From Camelus ferus (Eukaryota), in contig NC_045705.1 in the NCBI RefSeq assembly GCF_009834535.1, positions 34,348,001-34,412,000 of the forward strand: a stretch of 64,000 nt of DNA, given 5' to 3'. Below the pieces are notes generated by a model, which saw only the letters and a list, made by a program, of their open reading frames with translations, was not told where the DNA came from and made no database searches. Both the position numbers and the translations under genes were made by a program. How positions within the stretch are numbered: the stretch's first letter is position 1; each line of letters starts with the position of its first letter. Shown here piece by piece: positions 35,540 to 48,730 of this stretch.

Positions 35540-37600
35540 GACTCAGAACATTGAAATGTAGTTTTAAATTTTGAATAATGGAAGAGAGCATATAATTTCT
35601 ATAGAAAATATAGATTATAAAAATTAACTGAAGGAAAGAGAAAAATCTTAATAAATCAATAATTAAATATGAATTTAAAAATTGCCAAAGGTAGAGCCTC
35701 TGAAATGGTGCCAGGTCCACATAATTTTGTGGGTGATTTCCAATAAATATTCAACATTATTCTTAATTCTCAACTTTCTCATAAAATTTAGAAATCTTCT
35801 TAACTCATTCTATAAGGACAACATAATCCTATTGATGAAATAGATAACTAGGTAATAGCACCTAATATATCTAGTAATATTACGTATCTAATATATGTAT
35901 ACACAACAACTAGATCATTAAAGATACATATAAAATTCTTATAAAACAGTAGCAAATTCCATAGCAATGTATTAAAATAACAACAAATCAAGACCCAGTA
36001 GAGTTTATACCAGAAATTCAAAAAGAAATGTTAATGCAATTCACTGCAATACAGATTAGAAGAAGAAACAATGTGATTATCTCAGTGATGCAGAAAATAC
36101 TCAGTACAATTCAACCCACATTGCTGGGGAACAAAACACCTGAGAAACCAGGAACTGAGGGGGGAAAAATGTACCATCTTGATAAAGAATATCAATAAGA
36201 ATGATATAAGAAACATTACACTTAATGATTAAAAATTAAAATAATTTTTATTACATCCATAAATGGACAACAGTGTCCACTATCACCACTAACATTAATC
36301 ATTAAGCTTGAATTCACTTACAACTCAAAAACACAAGGAAAAAATATGAAATTTTATAAACTAGGGAAAGCTGGAGGAAAAAAGTCATTATTCTCAGATA
36401 TTGAGATGATATACCCAAAATAATATAAAAGAGTTCACTGAAAGATCACTGAAAATACTAAAAGAATTCAACTAGGTATTCACATATAAAATCAAATTAC
36501 ACACATCACTGTTTTCCTGTACATCACCAATATTTGTGAGGAAAATATAGTAGAGCTATTTTAGGCAAAATGAAAGACCACATATCATGAAATATAAAGT
36601 CTTGATTTAATCATGCACACAAACGTTAGAAATGCTTCCTGCAAATATCCACTTAAGAGGATATCAGAACTCACACAAAGGGAAGGGAAAGGCTCAGGAC
36701 CAAAAATAGATACAAAGCAGAAAACCAGAGATTTGAATACTCCTCCACCAGTGGAAGGGTAAGCTGGATAAAAAATCTTCCCACCAGCAAAGATAACAAT
36801 GACACTTGTCTGTCCCAACCTGAGATTTGAGTGGAATAAAGATTATCTGTTCTGAGAATTCAAGATACAAGTCTAGGATTCAAGTTTTTATTGCCTCCAT
36901 GAAATGGGGAACTCCAAAGGGAAAAATTAACTAAGAGTAATGCAGGGTTAATAATTCCTTATGATGTCTGAAAGAAACAAATAAATATACGCCTTCTCTG
37001 AAGGAATGCATACTGAACCCGAGCCTTCCAAGACCTTCACATAAACAGCTGAGCATGAATTCTTAATTCAACATAAAAAAAAAAGCTGCATGCAGAAACA
37101 AGCCATTATTAGCGAAAATCAAAAGGAACAACCAAAACACAATCACTCAAGGACTTTGAATACTGAAGTAATCAGATACAGAATGTAATGTAAATAAGGA
37201 GCTAAAAAAAATAAAGGCTTTTTTTAATGAACAAGAAAAAAAGATTAACAAAGCAGATTTGTAAAAAGAATGAAACAGAACTTCTAGAAATGAAAACTAT
37301 AATGAACTGAAGAAACTCCCTGAAACAAATCACATATAGACAAAGAGAACACATAGGAAGATGGTTAAGAGATTTAGAGAAGAAAATGAACAAATCTAAT
37401 AAATAACAGATTTGACATGAGTTCCAGAATGAAAAAATAATACAGATGAGGAAGGGGCACAATTTTACTGGATATAATTGGGAGATTTCCACAACTGGTG
37501 AAAAATACAAATTCTCAGATTCATAACAAATCACCATGGAATGCATAAGAAGTTATCCACATTTAGTCACACTGTAGCAAAACTGCAAATAACCAAAGTC
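35540..37600 (+). mobile_element. Highly degraded old L1 fragments
   Basis: A-rich L1-like blocks such as gtagagtttataccagaaattcaaa and aaacagaacttctagaaatgaaaac. Confidence 0.55.
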
Positions 37601-37609
37601 AAAAAGTAC

Positions 37610-39745
37610 ATCATTTCTGTACACTAGCACAAACTATCGGAAAGATAAATTAAGAAAACAATTCCATTTACAACTACATTGAAAGGATAAAATACTTAGG
37701 AATACATTTAACCAAGAAGGTGAAAGATCTGTTCACTGAAAACCATAAGATACAGATGAAAGAAATTGATGAAGATACAAGTAAGTGGGAAGATATTCCA
37801 TGCTCATGGGTTGAAAGAATTAATATTACAGAACGTCCATTGTACTCAAAGATATCTACAGATTCAATGCAATTCCCATCAAAATTCCAAAAGCAATTTT
37901 TACAGACATAGAAAAAGACAATTCTAAAATTTGTGTGGTACCACAAAAGACCAAAGCAATCCTGAGAAAGAAGAACAAAGATAGAGACATCACACTTGTG
38001 ATTTGAGATTATACTACAAAGCTATAGTAATCAAACAGCATAATACTGGCATAAAACAGACATATAGACCAATGGAACAGAATGAGACTCCAGAAATAAA
38101 TCCATGCGTGCACAATCAATTAATATATGGGAAAAATCCAAGAATATGCAATGAGAAAAGGATAGTCTCTTCAATAAATGGTGTTGAGAAAACCAGATAA
38201 CTACATGCATAATAATGAAATTAGACCCCTATTTTACACCACTCACCAAAATTAACTTGAATAGATTAAGTATTAAGACCTTAAATCATAAAACTTCTAG
38301 AAGGAAAATAAGAGGAAAACTCCTTGACATTGGTCTTGGCAACGATTTTTTGGATATTACACCAAAAGCACAAGCAAAATCTAGTAAGTGGAGATACACA
38401 AGCTAAAAAGCTTCTGCATGGCAAAAGACATAACTGACAAATGAAAGGACAGCCTACAGAATGGGAGATAATATTTGCAAACCATATACCAGATAAGACA
38501 TTAATATCTAAGATATATAAAGAACTCATACAACTCAACTGTAGGAAAGCAAACAAATCAATTTAAAAATTGGCAGACAAACTGAATAGATATTTTTCCA
38601 AACAAGACACACAAATGGCCAACAGGTACATGAAAAGGTGCTCTACATCACTAAGCGTCAGAGAAATGCAAATCAAAACCACAATGAGCTATCACTTAAC
38701 ACCTATCAGAATGGCTGCCATCAAAAGAACAAGAGATAAGTACTGGCAAGGATGTGGAAAAAAGGAATGTACAATGTTGATGGAAATATAGATTGGTACA
38801 GCCACTATGAAAAACAATATAGATGTTTCTCAAAAAAATTGAAAATGGAACGACCATATGATCCAGCAAGTCCATCCTGGGTATATATCCAAAGGAAATG
38901 AAATCAGAATGTAGAAGAGGTATCAGAACTCCCATGGTCATCATAACGTTAGTCATAATATCTGAGATAGGGAAACAATCTAAGTGTCCATTGATGAATA
39001 AATGGATAAAGATGTGACCATATATATATACATACACATAAAATCAAATTTTATCAACCAAAAAAAGGAAGGAAATCCTGCCATTTGCAAAAACAAGGAT
39101 GGACCTTGTGAAATAAGTCCTAATGAAATAAGTCAGGCAGAGAAAGACAAATACTGTACAGTCTCATTTAAATGTGAAATCTAAAAATCTGAATTTATAG
39201 AAACAGAGATGCTTGCCAGGAGCTGGGGATGGGAAAAATGGGTAGATGTTGGTCAAAGAGCATAAACTTCCAGGTATAATATAAATACATTTTGAGGATC
39301 ACAGTATGGTGATTATAGTTCACAGTACTGTGTTGTGTTCTTGAAAGTTGCTAAGATAAACAACAAATTCATACTGTATAGCACAGGGAACTATATTCAA
39401 TAATTCGTAGTAACTTATGGTGAAAAAGAATATGAAAACAAATATATGTATGTTCATGTATGACTGAAGCATTGTACTGTACATCAGAAATTGACACAAC
39501 ATTGTAAACTGAATATACTTCAACAATATATATATATATATAATATATATATATATACACAAAAAAAGAAAGTTGATGAAAGAGTAGATCTTAAATGATC
39601 TCACCACAAAAAAAAGAATTGGTATATACGTAAGATGATGGAGTTGTTAGCTAACATTACTAGGATAACCATTTTTGCAGTATATAAATGTATCAAGTCA
39701 ACACATTGTATACCTTATACATACACAATGTATGCCAATTACATC
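37610..39745 (+). mobile_element. L1MA9/10-like ORF2 3' half plus 3'UTR, interrupted at 39357-39567
   Basis: [49 protein letters not shown] peptides with many disablements, followed by the 3'UTR. Confidence 0.92.
39357..39567 (+). mobile_element. Short type-A L1 3' end with (TA)n tail, nested in the older L1 3'UTR
   Basis: Imperfect TSD gaaagttgctaaga (39343) / gaaagttgatgaaaga (39568). Confidence 0.85.
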
Positions 39746-40393
39746 AAAATAGAGGTGGAAAAAATACCCATCTCAAACACACAATCTGTACCATGCAGTT
39801 TTTATCTTTGTAGACTAGTTGAATGTACAAAAACAAAATCGAAAAGCAGTTAAATTCATCATCATTCAGGGAAACAGTGAAATCAGATTCTATATAAGAT
39901 GAAACCATCTAATAAACTGAGTTCAACTTAAATAACTACTGCAATTGTGTGGACAGCTTTACATTAGTACTTATCTGATAGCTGTATCGAAATTGAGAAA
40001 TTCCTTTGAGTAGAGTGTTGGAAAACAGGAAAACTGTGCATTCCCCAGACACCACCTAAGTCATGTTTCTCTACGTGAGGAGACTCATGAGACATAATCA
40101 TCCAGTGTATAATCAGAAACTGGACTAATAGCAAATGATTTGAGGTCCAGCTCTCTTCTTCTAGCTTTTTGGCAATATAATTAAAACTCCTTTGTCTATG
40201 ATATCCTCTGAGCCTTGCAAGCCATCAGAATTGGACCTTTTTAGTCTCTTGGGAACAGCAATTGGCATATTTTAACAAAGTTCTGATTGAGCCGTGGATA
40301 AAGTCACAGGTTTCATCTACTGCCTCTAAATAATTTGGACACCAACCAAAATGTGTCCATGTGTGTGTGTGTACACATGTGGATGTCTCAGTG

Positions 40394-40743
40394 ATTTTTA
40401 ATAACTCCCACTGAAAATTCGTCACCAGCAGCAGAATCAGGCACCTGACTTTCACTTCCTTGTCCAGTAATATTCCCTTTCCAACTTTTATATGAGTCCT
40501 GAGACTGAGAGATTTGTGCGAAGACAGGAACACAGTGAAAGAACCATCAGGATGTGATTCATTGAACCTGCCCTTTCTCTCCTGAAAGGGGAGAAAAGAC
40601 ACTACAATATTTAGTCCTCCAAAGGGCTTTATCTTCAGAAACAAAATTTTCAAGAATTAATGTCACCAGTGCTTTGTTCTGTACCCTACCTAATGGCATA
40701 CAATTGGTACTTGGAGTTTCAGGATCAAAAGAATTAGGTAAAG
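40394..40743 (+). promoter_or_regulatory. Candidate promoter and first exon of OR4D10 (module 3)
   Basis: TTTTTAATAA-C-TCCCACTGAA at 40395-40415, TAATATTCCCTTT, GATTCATTGAACCTGCCCTTTCTCTCCTGAAAGG, donor ATTAG|GTAAAG at 40738. Confidence 0.65.
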
Positions 40744-42281
40744 ACATTAAACTTCTAGCTAAGATTAAGCTTATGCATACTGAAATTGAGATGTTACTTT
40801 TGATTTTGTATAATTACTTTGACTTTAATATTTCTCAGTTATATTAAATGTTTCAGAGCCAAGACGATCGTCTCAGTGACAGACAAAAAAGGTAGGTGTT
40901 AGCCATTGGGAAGAGGGATGTTGTGTTAAGAGGAATGCAGAAATGTAGTCCATTCGATGTGAGAGACGGCATCATGCATTCATTGTGACACTGAGTTGCT
41001 TACTGGTGAGGCAACGTCAAACTAAGGTCAAAGTAAGTTGGATTTTCAGAGCTCCTTTCTGCCAAATTCTTATCTTCAAACTTTATCAAAGATTATTGTT
41101 ATGTAAAATTAAATCATACATACATATATACATGTGTGTTTTTATGTTTACACACACATATATATATGACCAAAGGTTAAAAATAAAGACATTGTTTCTT
41201 CCATTCTATTTCCATCTCTTCCTTCCCTTCAGCCAAACCTAGAGTCATAATATATTCCATATGACTACAGAATTTAAATGATATTTCATTCAATTGAAAA
41301 AAACTCCCCTCCAAAATAATATATTCCATATGAAAACCAAGTATAACATTAACACTTACTAAAGGATGGTGGCAAAATTAAATAAATCAACTTTTAGTGC
41401 CTCTCCACATGTAGTGAGGCTCTCAAAAAACAGTGTTTTTTGTTACTGCTGAAAATCATGGCATCTCCGATCAGATCTCTCATCCCAGCTAAATTTACTT
41501 CTCTTCTCATAGCGCATTTCACATTTTACCATGCACTATGTTCGTCAGTTTGCACAAATCACTCATTTTGTGAGGCTGTAAGCACTTTGACAACATGGTC
41601 CACTTTGTCTATACGCATTTGAGGATTGCTAATTATAAGGAGGAACAAATAAAAGTATAAAATTTCCTAAGAATTATCAATCAATAATAGCTTATGTAAA
41701 GAATGAGCATTGTTCTGATGACCCCTGTCTCTCCCTGCTGTGTGACCCCTCCACTCTTATCTTTGATCTACAAAAGAGACAGAGGAGAGTGTGCCTGATA
41801 CAGTATGGAGCACCCCTAGAAGTGAGTCACTGTATATATTGCCTCCTTTGCATCCTTCACAAAAGTGATACAAGATGAATAAATTCTAGAGATTTGCTGT
41901 TCAATACTGTGACCACAGTTAACAATACTGTATTGTACACTTAAAGAAGGTAGCTCTCATGTTTGTGTTTTAACCACAATAAGAAAAATTATGCTTTTCT
42001 TTGAGATTTGGATTTACACATTGTTTCAACCTGCTTTCCAACAGCAAATTTAAAGTTTTTTAAATAACTAAGCAAATAATTTCATTAGTGTAGTCACAAT
42101 AAGTCACCTGCATGAAATAATAGGACACAATTTTAAGAAATTTGACATAAAACAGCCAAGAGCAAGGAAACTGACTCAAAGCACAGAACATTGTAATAAG
42201 AAACAGGCAACATCTTTTTTGGCAAGACAATAACCTCTTGAAGTCAATAGAATACTTGCTAATATGAGTACTAAACTTGTA

Positions 42282-42449
42282 GGGAAGGTGAGGGTATAGC
42301 TCAGTGGTAGAGTGAAGGCCTTGCATGCCTAAGGTCCTGGGTTCAATCCCCAGTACCTCCATTTTATAAAAAATGAATAACCTAATTACCTCCCCCACAA
42401 AAAAATGAAAAAATAATAAATAAATGAATAAATAATAAATTTACATAAA
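42282..42449 (+). mobile_element. Vic-1-type SINE with 10-bp TSD
   Basis: gagggtatagctcagtggtagagtg...gggttcaatccccagtacctcc...aacctaattacctcccc. TSD TAAACTTGTA at 42272 and 42450. Confidence 0.92.
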
Positions 42450-42689
42450 TAAACTTGTACACAATAAGTCCACAATTGTTGGAGTCATGTCTTACTTATC
42501 TTTGAATACAGAGATATGATTTGAATACAAAAAAATGCTCCAACAAGCTCCTGACATCAATAAATTCGTATGAAATTAAAAATAATAAAATTTTAAAACT
42601 GAAATAAATTAATTAAATAAAATAAGCTATGTAAGTATCACCACTTAACACAAATGCTTATTTTTTCCAAAAAATAGTTTTTTCCCTTT

Positions 42690-43215
42690 ATTTTATTTAA
42701 TTTTATATTTTTTTTATTGAAGTATAGTCAGTTTACACTGTTACATCAATTTCTGGCGTACAGCACAATGCTTCAGTCATACAGGAACATATATATATTT
42801 ATTTTCATATTATTTTTCACCATAAGTTACTACAAGATATTAAATATAGTTCCCTGTGCTATACAGTATAAACTTGTTTATGTATTTTATATACATTATT
42901 TAGTATCTGCAAATCTAGAATTCCCAGTTTATTCCTTCCCACCTTCCTCCCCACCCCTGGTAACCGTAACTTTATTTCTATGTCTGTGAGTCTGTTTCTG
43001 TTTTGCAAACAAGNNNNNNNNNNNNNNNNNNNNNNNNNNNNNNNNNNNNNNNNNNNNNNNNNNNNNNNNNNNNNNNNNNNNNNNNNNNNNNNNNNNNNNN
43101 NNNNNNNNNNNNNNNNNNNNNNNNNNNNNNNNNNNNNNNNNNNNNNNNNNNNNNNNNNNNNNNNNNNNNNNNNNNNNNNNNNNNNNNNNNNNNTTCTTTA
43201 TTCAGTCATCTGTCA
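42690..43215 (-). mobile_element. Type-A L1 3' end containing a 180-N gap (43014-43193)
   Basis: ttgaagtatagtcagtttacactgttacatcaatttctggcgtacagcac. Confidence 0.85.
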
Positions 43216-43440
43216 ATAGACACAAAAGTTAGTTTTATAGGAAAAGAATTATTGAATGATTTTGCCTGTGATTTTTTGATTTGATCACTAAACAGATTGT
43301 AATCTTAAAAATCTGGACAACTCAACAAATTGCAACCACTACCACCACATGGGAAACATTCTGATTTGCATTCATAGCACTTAAGAAGAAAATGCACGTT
43401 CGTATGAAATAGCTTGAAAGGAGAAAAAGAAGAAGATTCA

Positions 43441-44376
43441 ATGGAGCTGGGAAACTGCTCCAGGGTAAAAGAATTTGTTTTCCTTGGCCTAACCCAGAAT
43501 CAAGAACTGAGTTTGGTCTTATTTCTTTTCCTACTTTTGGTGTATGTGACCACTCTGCTGGGAAACCTCCTCATCATGGTCACCGTGACCTGTGACTCTC
43601 GCCTTCACACCCCCATGTATTTTTTGCTCCGTAATTTGTCTATTGCCGATATCTGCTTTTCCTCCATCACAGCTCCTAAGGTTCTGGTGGACCTTCTGCG
43701 ACAGAGAAAGACCATCTCCTTCAATGGCTGCTTCGCCCAGATGTTTTTCTTCCATCTTATTGGAGGGGTGGATGTATTTTCTCTGTCAGTGATGGCCTTA
43801 GATCGGTATGTGGCCATCTCTAAGCCCCTGCACTATGTGACCATCATGAATAGAGGCTGCTGCATTGGGTTNNNNNNNNNNNNNNNNNNNNNNNNNNNNN
43901 NNNNNNNNNNNNNNNNNNNNNNNNNNNNNNNNNNNNNNNNNNNNNNNNNNNNNNNNNNNNNNNNNNNNNNNNNNNNNNNNNNNNNNNNNNNNNNNNNNNN
44001 NNNNNNNNNTGACATTTTTATGCTTGAGCTGCTGATGATTTCCAACAATGGACTGCTCACCACACTGTGGTTTCTCCTCCTCCTGGTGTCCTATACGGTC
44101 ATATTATTATTACTGAGGTCTCAAGCAGGGGAGGGCAGGAGGAAAGCCATCTCCACCTGCACAGCCCACATCACAGTGGTGACCCTGCACTTTGTNNNNN
44201 NNNNNNNNNNNNNNNNNNNNNNNNNNNNNNNNNNNNNNNNNNNNNNNNNNNNNNNNNNNNNNNNNNNNNNNNNNNNNNNNNNNNNNNNNNNNNNNNNNNN
44301 NNNNNNNNNNNNNNNNNNNNNNNNNNNNNNNNNNNNNNNNNNNNNNNNNNNNNNNNNNNCTTCTGACAGGGTATAG
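43441..44376 (+). CDS. OR4D10: OR4D10 orthologue, probably intact (311 aa if gaps are real length); gaps at 43872-44009 and 44196-44359
   Basis: ATG at 43441 (the track start at 43414 is TTG). [43 protein letters not shown] and C-terminal SDR match OR4D10 as recalled. The frame is kept across both gaps. Confidence 0.8.
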   Translation: MELGNCSRVKEFVFLGLTQNQELSLVLFLFLLLVYVTTLLGNLLIMVTVTCDSRLHTPMYFLLRNLSIADICFSSITAPKVLVDLLRQRKTISFNGCFAQMFFFHLIGGVDVFSLSVMALDRYVAISKPLHYVTIMNRGCCIGXXXXXXXXXXXXXXXXXXXXXXXXXXXXXXXXXXXXXXXXXXXXXXXDIFMLELLMISNNGLLTTLWFLLLLVSYTVILLLLRSQAGEGRRKAISTCTAHITVVTLHFXXXXXXXXXXXXXXXXXXXXXXXXXXXXXXXXXXXXXXXXXXXXXXXXXXXXXXXXSDRV

Positions 44377-45699
44377 ACCACCAGCTCACTCTGTCTCACC
44401 ACCTTGGAAAATGTTGCTACATCAAATAAACTATATTTACTAAAGGATTTCTGATAAATTTTTATATTTCTACTAAGATATACATGACTTACAAATTCAA
44501 CAATGATGTAAAATAATGGATTTCATGTTATCAAAAAGTGGAGAAATCAAATAGTTTGCCAGAGAAGAGTTGCTTTTGCAATACAGCCTTGGAAGAAAAA
44601 CAAATTTTTTTAATGGAAACCAAATACGCTCAGACAATTTTATCACATTGGATAGTTCCAGAGTTTGTTTTTTTTTTTTCAGCTCTGTGGACTTATAATT
44701 GACACACAAAAATGGCATGTATTTAAGGTGTACAACTTGATGTTTTGATATACATGTATACTGTGAGGTGGTCTTTGGGGGGAAATGAGTTAAGGTGGGA
44801 TCTCTCTTGTCATTTATTACAACTGCATGAGCATCTACACTTGTCTAAATAAAATTTTCAATTTAAAAGCAGCAAATATATACATATATATATCCAGACA
44901 TCCCCACTACATTCCTACACTGTTGACAGGGAGATAACTGAAACATATCACAAAATAAAGCGGTTTGGGCATTTGGATTCTATAAGGTCTTTCACAAAGT
45001 AATCACATCTTAATGAAGTAAACACGTTCAGATTATATTCCTCCTCTGGCTCTATGATTTGAATAAGTTAAGTAACTATTATCTGAAGAGTCTTCCACCT
45101 GAAGCCCATGCTCCAGCGGTTGAGAGCAGGTGCCTTGAAGTCAGCACGGCTTGAATGAGAATGTGGACCTCCCCAACACTGAGTTCTGTGAAGGTCCTTA
45201 CTCTGACCTTCCCCTGAAGCCCTGGCCCACTGGCCACCCTCCACTGCTCTCCCTCAGCACCCCGGCCTTGGCTCCAGCACAGTACGCAGGACCCTGTCTC
45301 CAATTCCTTGCTCTCTTTCTCCCTGTAGGATTGTGCTTTATTTATTGTTTTAACCCCAGCACCTGGTACAGCCAGTGGAACATAGAAAACACTCATAAAA
45401 CATGTTCGATTTAAAAAGTCAGTGAATAACTATTGCCTCTCACTCATTTTTTGCTACTCAAATCACTGGAGAATACGGTTAAGAAAACAATGCATTAGTT
45501 TTCCTTCTCTGATAACATGACTCCGTAAAAGGGACATAAACCTATCAAGCTGCTTCAGAATATGCATATTCATTCAAAAGGATTAGAATGAAGAGGAAAA
45601 CATTATTCAACGTATCAATTTGGCTTTTATTTGCTTAATTATCATTATTTAGAATTGCTAGGCAATGGGTTTCTTTTCCTCTATTTCTAGAGGTGGATT

Positions 45700-46390
45700 A
45701 TAGATCTTAAAATTTTTGAAATTAGAAAAATGTCCATGTCATGGCACAAATCTCAGTTCACACATCAGACATGCAAAGGCCCTGAGGTGAGGGTGTGCCC
45801 AGACCACCCAAGAAACAGCAAGGAGGTCTTTGTAATTAGACAAGAGGAAGCAAAGAGAAGAGAGGGAGTACTGGAGGTCAGAGAGATAACTGGGCCACAG
45901 GACCAGGTCGTTAGGATCTTTCAGACCATCATAAGGATTCCGACTTTCACATTAAGTAAGATGGGCTTTGAAGGGCTTTGAAAAGTAGAAGAATTATGCA
46001 TGTTTTAAGACTTGCAGGGGGAGGATGTAGCTCAGTGGTAGAGTGCATGCTTAGCATACACAAGGTCCTGGGTTCAATCCCCAGTACCTCCTTTTTAAAA
46101 ATTATCATCATCATCATCATCATCATCATTATTATTATTTAAAATAAATAAACCTAATTATCCCCCACAAAAAAATTTTGAAGAAAAATAAATGTTAAAA
46201 AAAAAAAAAGAACTGCAGGAGCTACAGTCGTGAATAGACTAAAGAGGGGTAAGGAAAAAAACAAGGAGACCAGTCAAGGCGTGCTCACAGTAGAAGTAAG
46301 GAAGGCATGACTTAGGGTAGTAAGGGCGGAGGTGGTGAGAATCTTGAAAACCTTTGAAGGTTGAGCAAGTGGGATTTGCTGAGGGAGCCA
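45700..46390 (-). mobile_element. L2 fragment split by a Vic-1 SINE
   Basis: gcaaaggccctgaggtgagggtgtgcc...ggaggtcagagagataactggg...ggagaccagtcaagg...gggatttgctga. Confidence 0.7.
46017..46209 (+). mobile_element. Vic-1-type SINE with internal (ATC)n(ATT)n STR
   Basis: ggggaggatgtagctcagtggtagagtgcatgcttagcatac...; imperfect TSD aagacttgcag / aagaactgcag. Confidence 0.92.
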
Positions 46391-46606
46391 GCGTGGATTC
46401 CTCGCTGCAAGTGTTTCCTGTGAGAACCCCATCATCCGCTTTGATCATCAGCCCACCGAGATCTCCTTCAAGCTCACCTGCGTACCTCTTCCGATCCAAA
46501 GGTTCCTTCCAATACTCATGGGTCACACTTCAAAATCTCCCCGCAGGGATGAAGCTGCCTATGGAAGTTGTTCACAATACCTAAGAATAGACATTTATTT
46601 CCCAAG

Positions 46607-46915
46607 AGGAAAATTACCAAAGGGAAACATCGGGGTAAGGGGGCATCCTGGATAAGCTGGCCCAACAGGACTCTTGCTGAAGGCAGACCAGGGCGATTAG
46701 ACATGGCCTGGGGGATGGCACCTGAGGCACCTGCTGAGATGTGGAAGGTGGTCAGCATGGAGGCTGGAGAATTCTGGCTAAAGTGACTTTGCAGGGGTTT
46801 TGCTAAAATTGGACAATGCCGAGACAAACATGGAGGTCCAAAAGTCAAGGCCTCGTTAAAAAATTCAGGGGAGGCTCAACATTGGTTGATTGGTCAAGGA
46901 GAGAAGCTTTATCAC
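46607..46915 (-). mobile_element. Truncated ERV1-type LTR related to 23838-24297
   Basis: ggaaaattaccaaagggaaacatcggggtaagggg; ttctggctaaagtgactttgcaggggttttgctaaaa; starts TGATAAAGCTTCTCTCCTTGACC on the minus strand. Confidence 0.65.
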
Positions 46916-46973
46916 TGCTAGAAAATTGTAGACCCTAGACAGTGTGTGTTCCTAAGTGCATGTGCCAGAGTAG

Positions 46974-47298
46974 CCTGTTAATTACTCCCACTGAAACAAC
47001 TTCTCCATCAGCAGAATTTTTCCAGAGCCACTTCCAACTATATTCCCCCTGATAATTCCCACACTAGTGTTGGGATTAAGGAACTGGTAAATATGATGGG
47101 GCCCTGGGAATCAGTATGAAGAACCAAGATAATATGATTCCCTGAGTCTGCCCTTTTCCACATAAGGGTGGAAGAAAGCCATTGAAATCACTGCCTGCAA
47201 AGGGATATTTGACAGAATATTCCAAAGCTGAATGATTCCTGGGAACATTATATATGATGCTGGAGTCCTGGAAATAAGTTTGGAGATCTTAGGTAAGA
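46974..47298 (+). promoter_or_regulatory. Candidate promoter and first exon of OR4D11 (module 4)
   Basis: TAATTA-C-TCCCACTGAA at 46979-46995, TATATTCCCCCTGATAATTCCC, O/E-like GCCCTGGGAA at 47101, GATTCCCTGAGTCTGCCCTTTTCCAC, donor CTTAG|GTAAGA at 47293. Confidence 0.7.
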
Positions 47299-48529
47299 GA
47301 TACGACTCTCAGTATGTACGTCTGTGGTGTCTGGATGCTTATGCGTAAGAGTGAGAAAATAAAAGTGAGGAAAACTGAAATCTAGATGTAATTGTTAATA
47401 TTTATAGATATATTTTGACTGCAAATAATGTAATGAGTACCCAAGATGCTGCATTCCAGGATGAGCCTTCAGTGACAGACAGCATAGACAGGAAATATTA
47501 GCAAGGAAGACATTGCGAAACAAAAGTCATAAAAATAAGTCCAGTTAGGAATTGAGAAAAGGCAGCTTTTGTTTTCTGGCACCCCTGAAATTATACCAAA
47601 AAGAGATTTTTCTGATTGCTCTAGACGGACCTCCTCAGACTGAAATCTTCAGATCTGATGCTAAATTCAAAACTAGAGAAAAAAATATAATTTTTCAAAC
47701 CCTCCAAAAAAATTGAAAGACTAATACAATGAACGTCTACATACTCTACCTTAGATTTACCAAAAAGAAAAAAAAAAAGGTACAGCAATGATTTTTTTCC
47801 TGTCTTTCCACGCCTATATGTTTGCATCTTTCCATTCCAGCCAAACTTCCCATTCCCAAGCTGCTTTCATATACTCATGGGGGTCCCCTGAAGCCAGAGC
47901 TCCCTTTCCATCCCTTCCCATCTGCCCCAGATGTGAACGTCACCTCCTCACGCAGGATTCTCTGATCCTCTTAATGAGAACTCATCCTCTCCTCACACAC
48001 AACTCTTCACCTGTCCTTGGGTGGTCCCCACCACTCCCATATTGCTATTACGTTTGAATCCATTTTCTGTTGGTTTGGGGTTATATTCCTTTCTCTCAAA
48101 TAACCTAGAACTCGGCCAAGTTTCCATCAATACTTGCTAAGTAATTAGGTGGATTCAAAATAGCAGAAAAACAGAGCAGAATCTGGACGATGTTGTCTGA
48201 ATGACCAAAGGCAGTTTGTGAACATGGGACCTATTCCTTTCCGATGAAGGGGTCTGACTTGGGGCCCAGGGTAACTTCCAACCTCCGGTGTAGGTCATGG
48301 TCTGTTATGTACAAGGGCGGCCCTATGGAAGGCCTTTGTAACTAGGATGGATTCCCTCAATCTTTCTACTAACTAAGTGGAGCTGGTGTTTTCGAGTGAT
48401 CATTTCCTCTCTCTTTAAACTAGTCAGGATTGATAACAGCTTCCATTTAGTTCCATACATTCCATTTACTAATAAGCCTCCAATGTTGACGTTACTCAGC
48501 AGAGTTGTAGTCACAGCAGAAAACCTGTG

Positions 48530-48730
48530 TGCCGAGACAGCTGCATGTGTTAACTCACTGGGTCCTCATAGCATCCCTGGGAGGTGGGTGTGATGATCCC
48601 CACCCCATGGATGAAGAAGTGGAGGCTCGGGGAGGTCTCTCACTCACCCAAATCGCACAGTGGCAGGACTTGCGCCCGGGTGGTTCTCACTGCAGAGACC
48701 ACACATTAGACATCCTGGTCTGCTCAGATG
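48530..48730 (-). mobile_element. MIR SINE
   Basis: gggtcctcatagcatccctgggaggtggg...ggatgaagaagtggaggctcggggagg. Confidence 0.65.

Noticed and set aside
37720-38791. L1 ORF2 peptides suggesting an active L1
   Set aside because: 5'-truncated with many stops and frameshifts.
46017-46092. tRNA-Ala(AGC)-like sequence with A and B boxes
   Set aside because: It is followed by a SINE tail and flanked by a TSD, with seven diverged copies in the window, so it is a SINE and not a tRNA gene.
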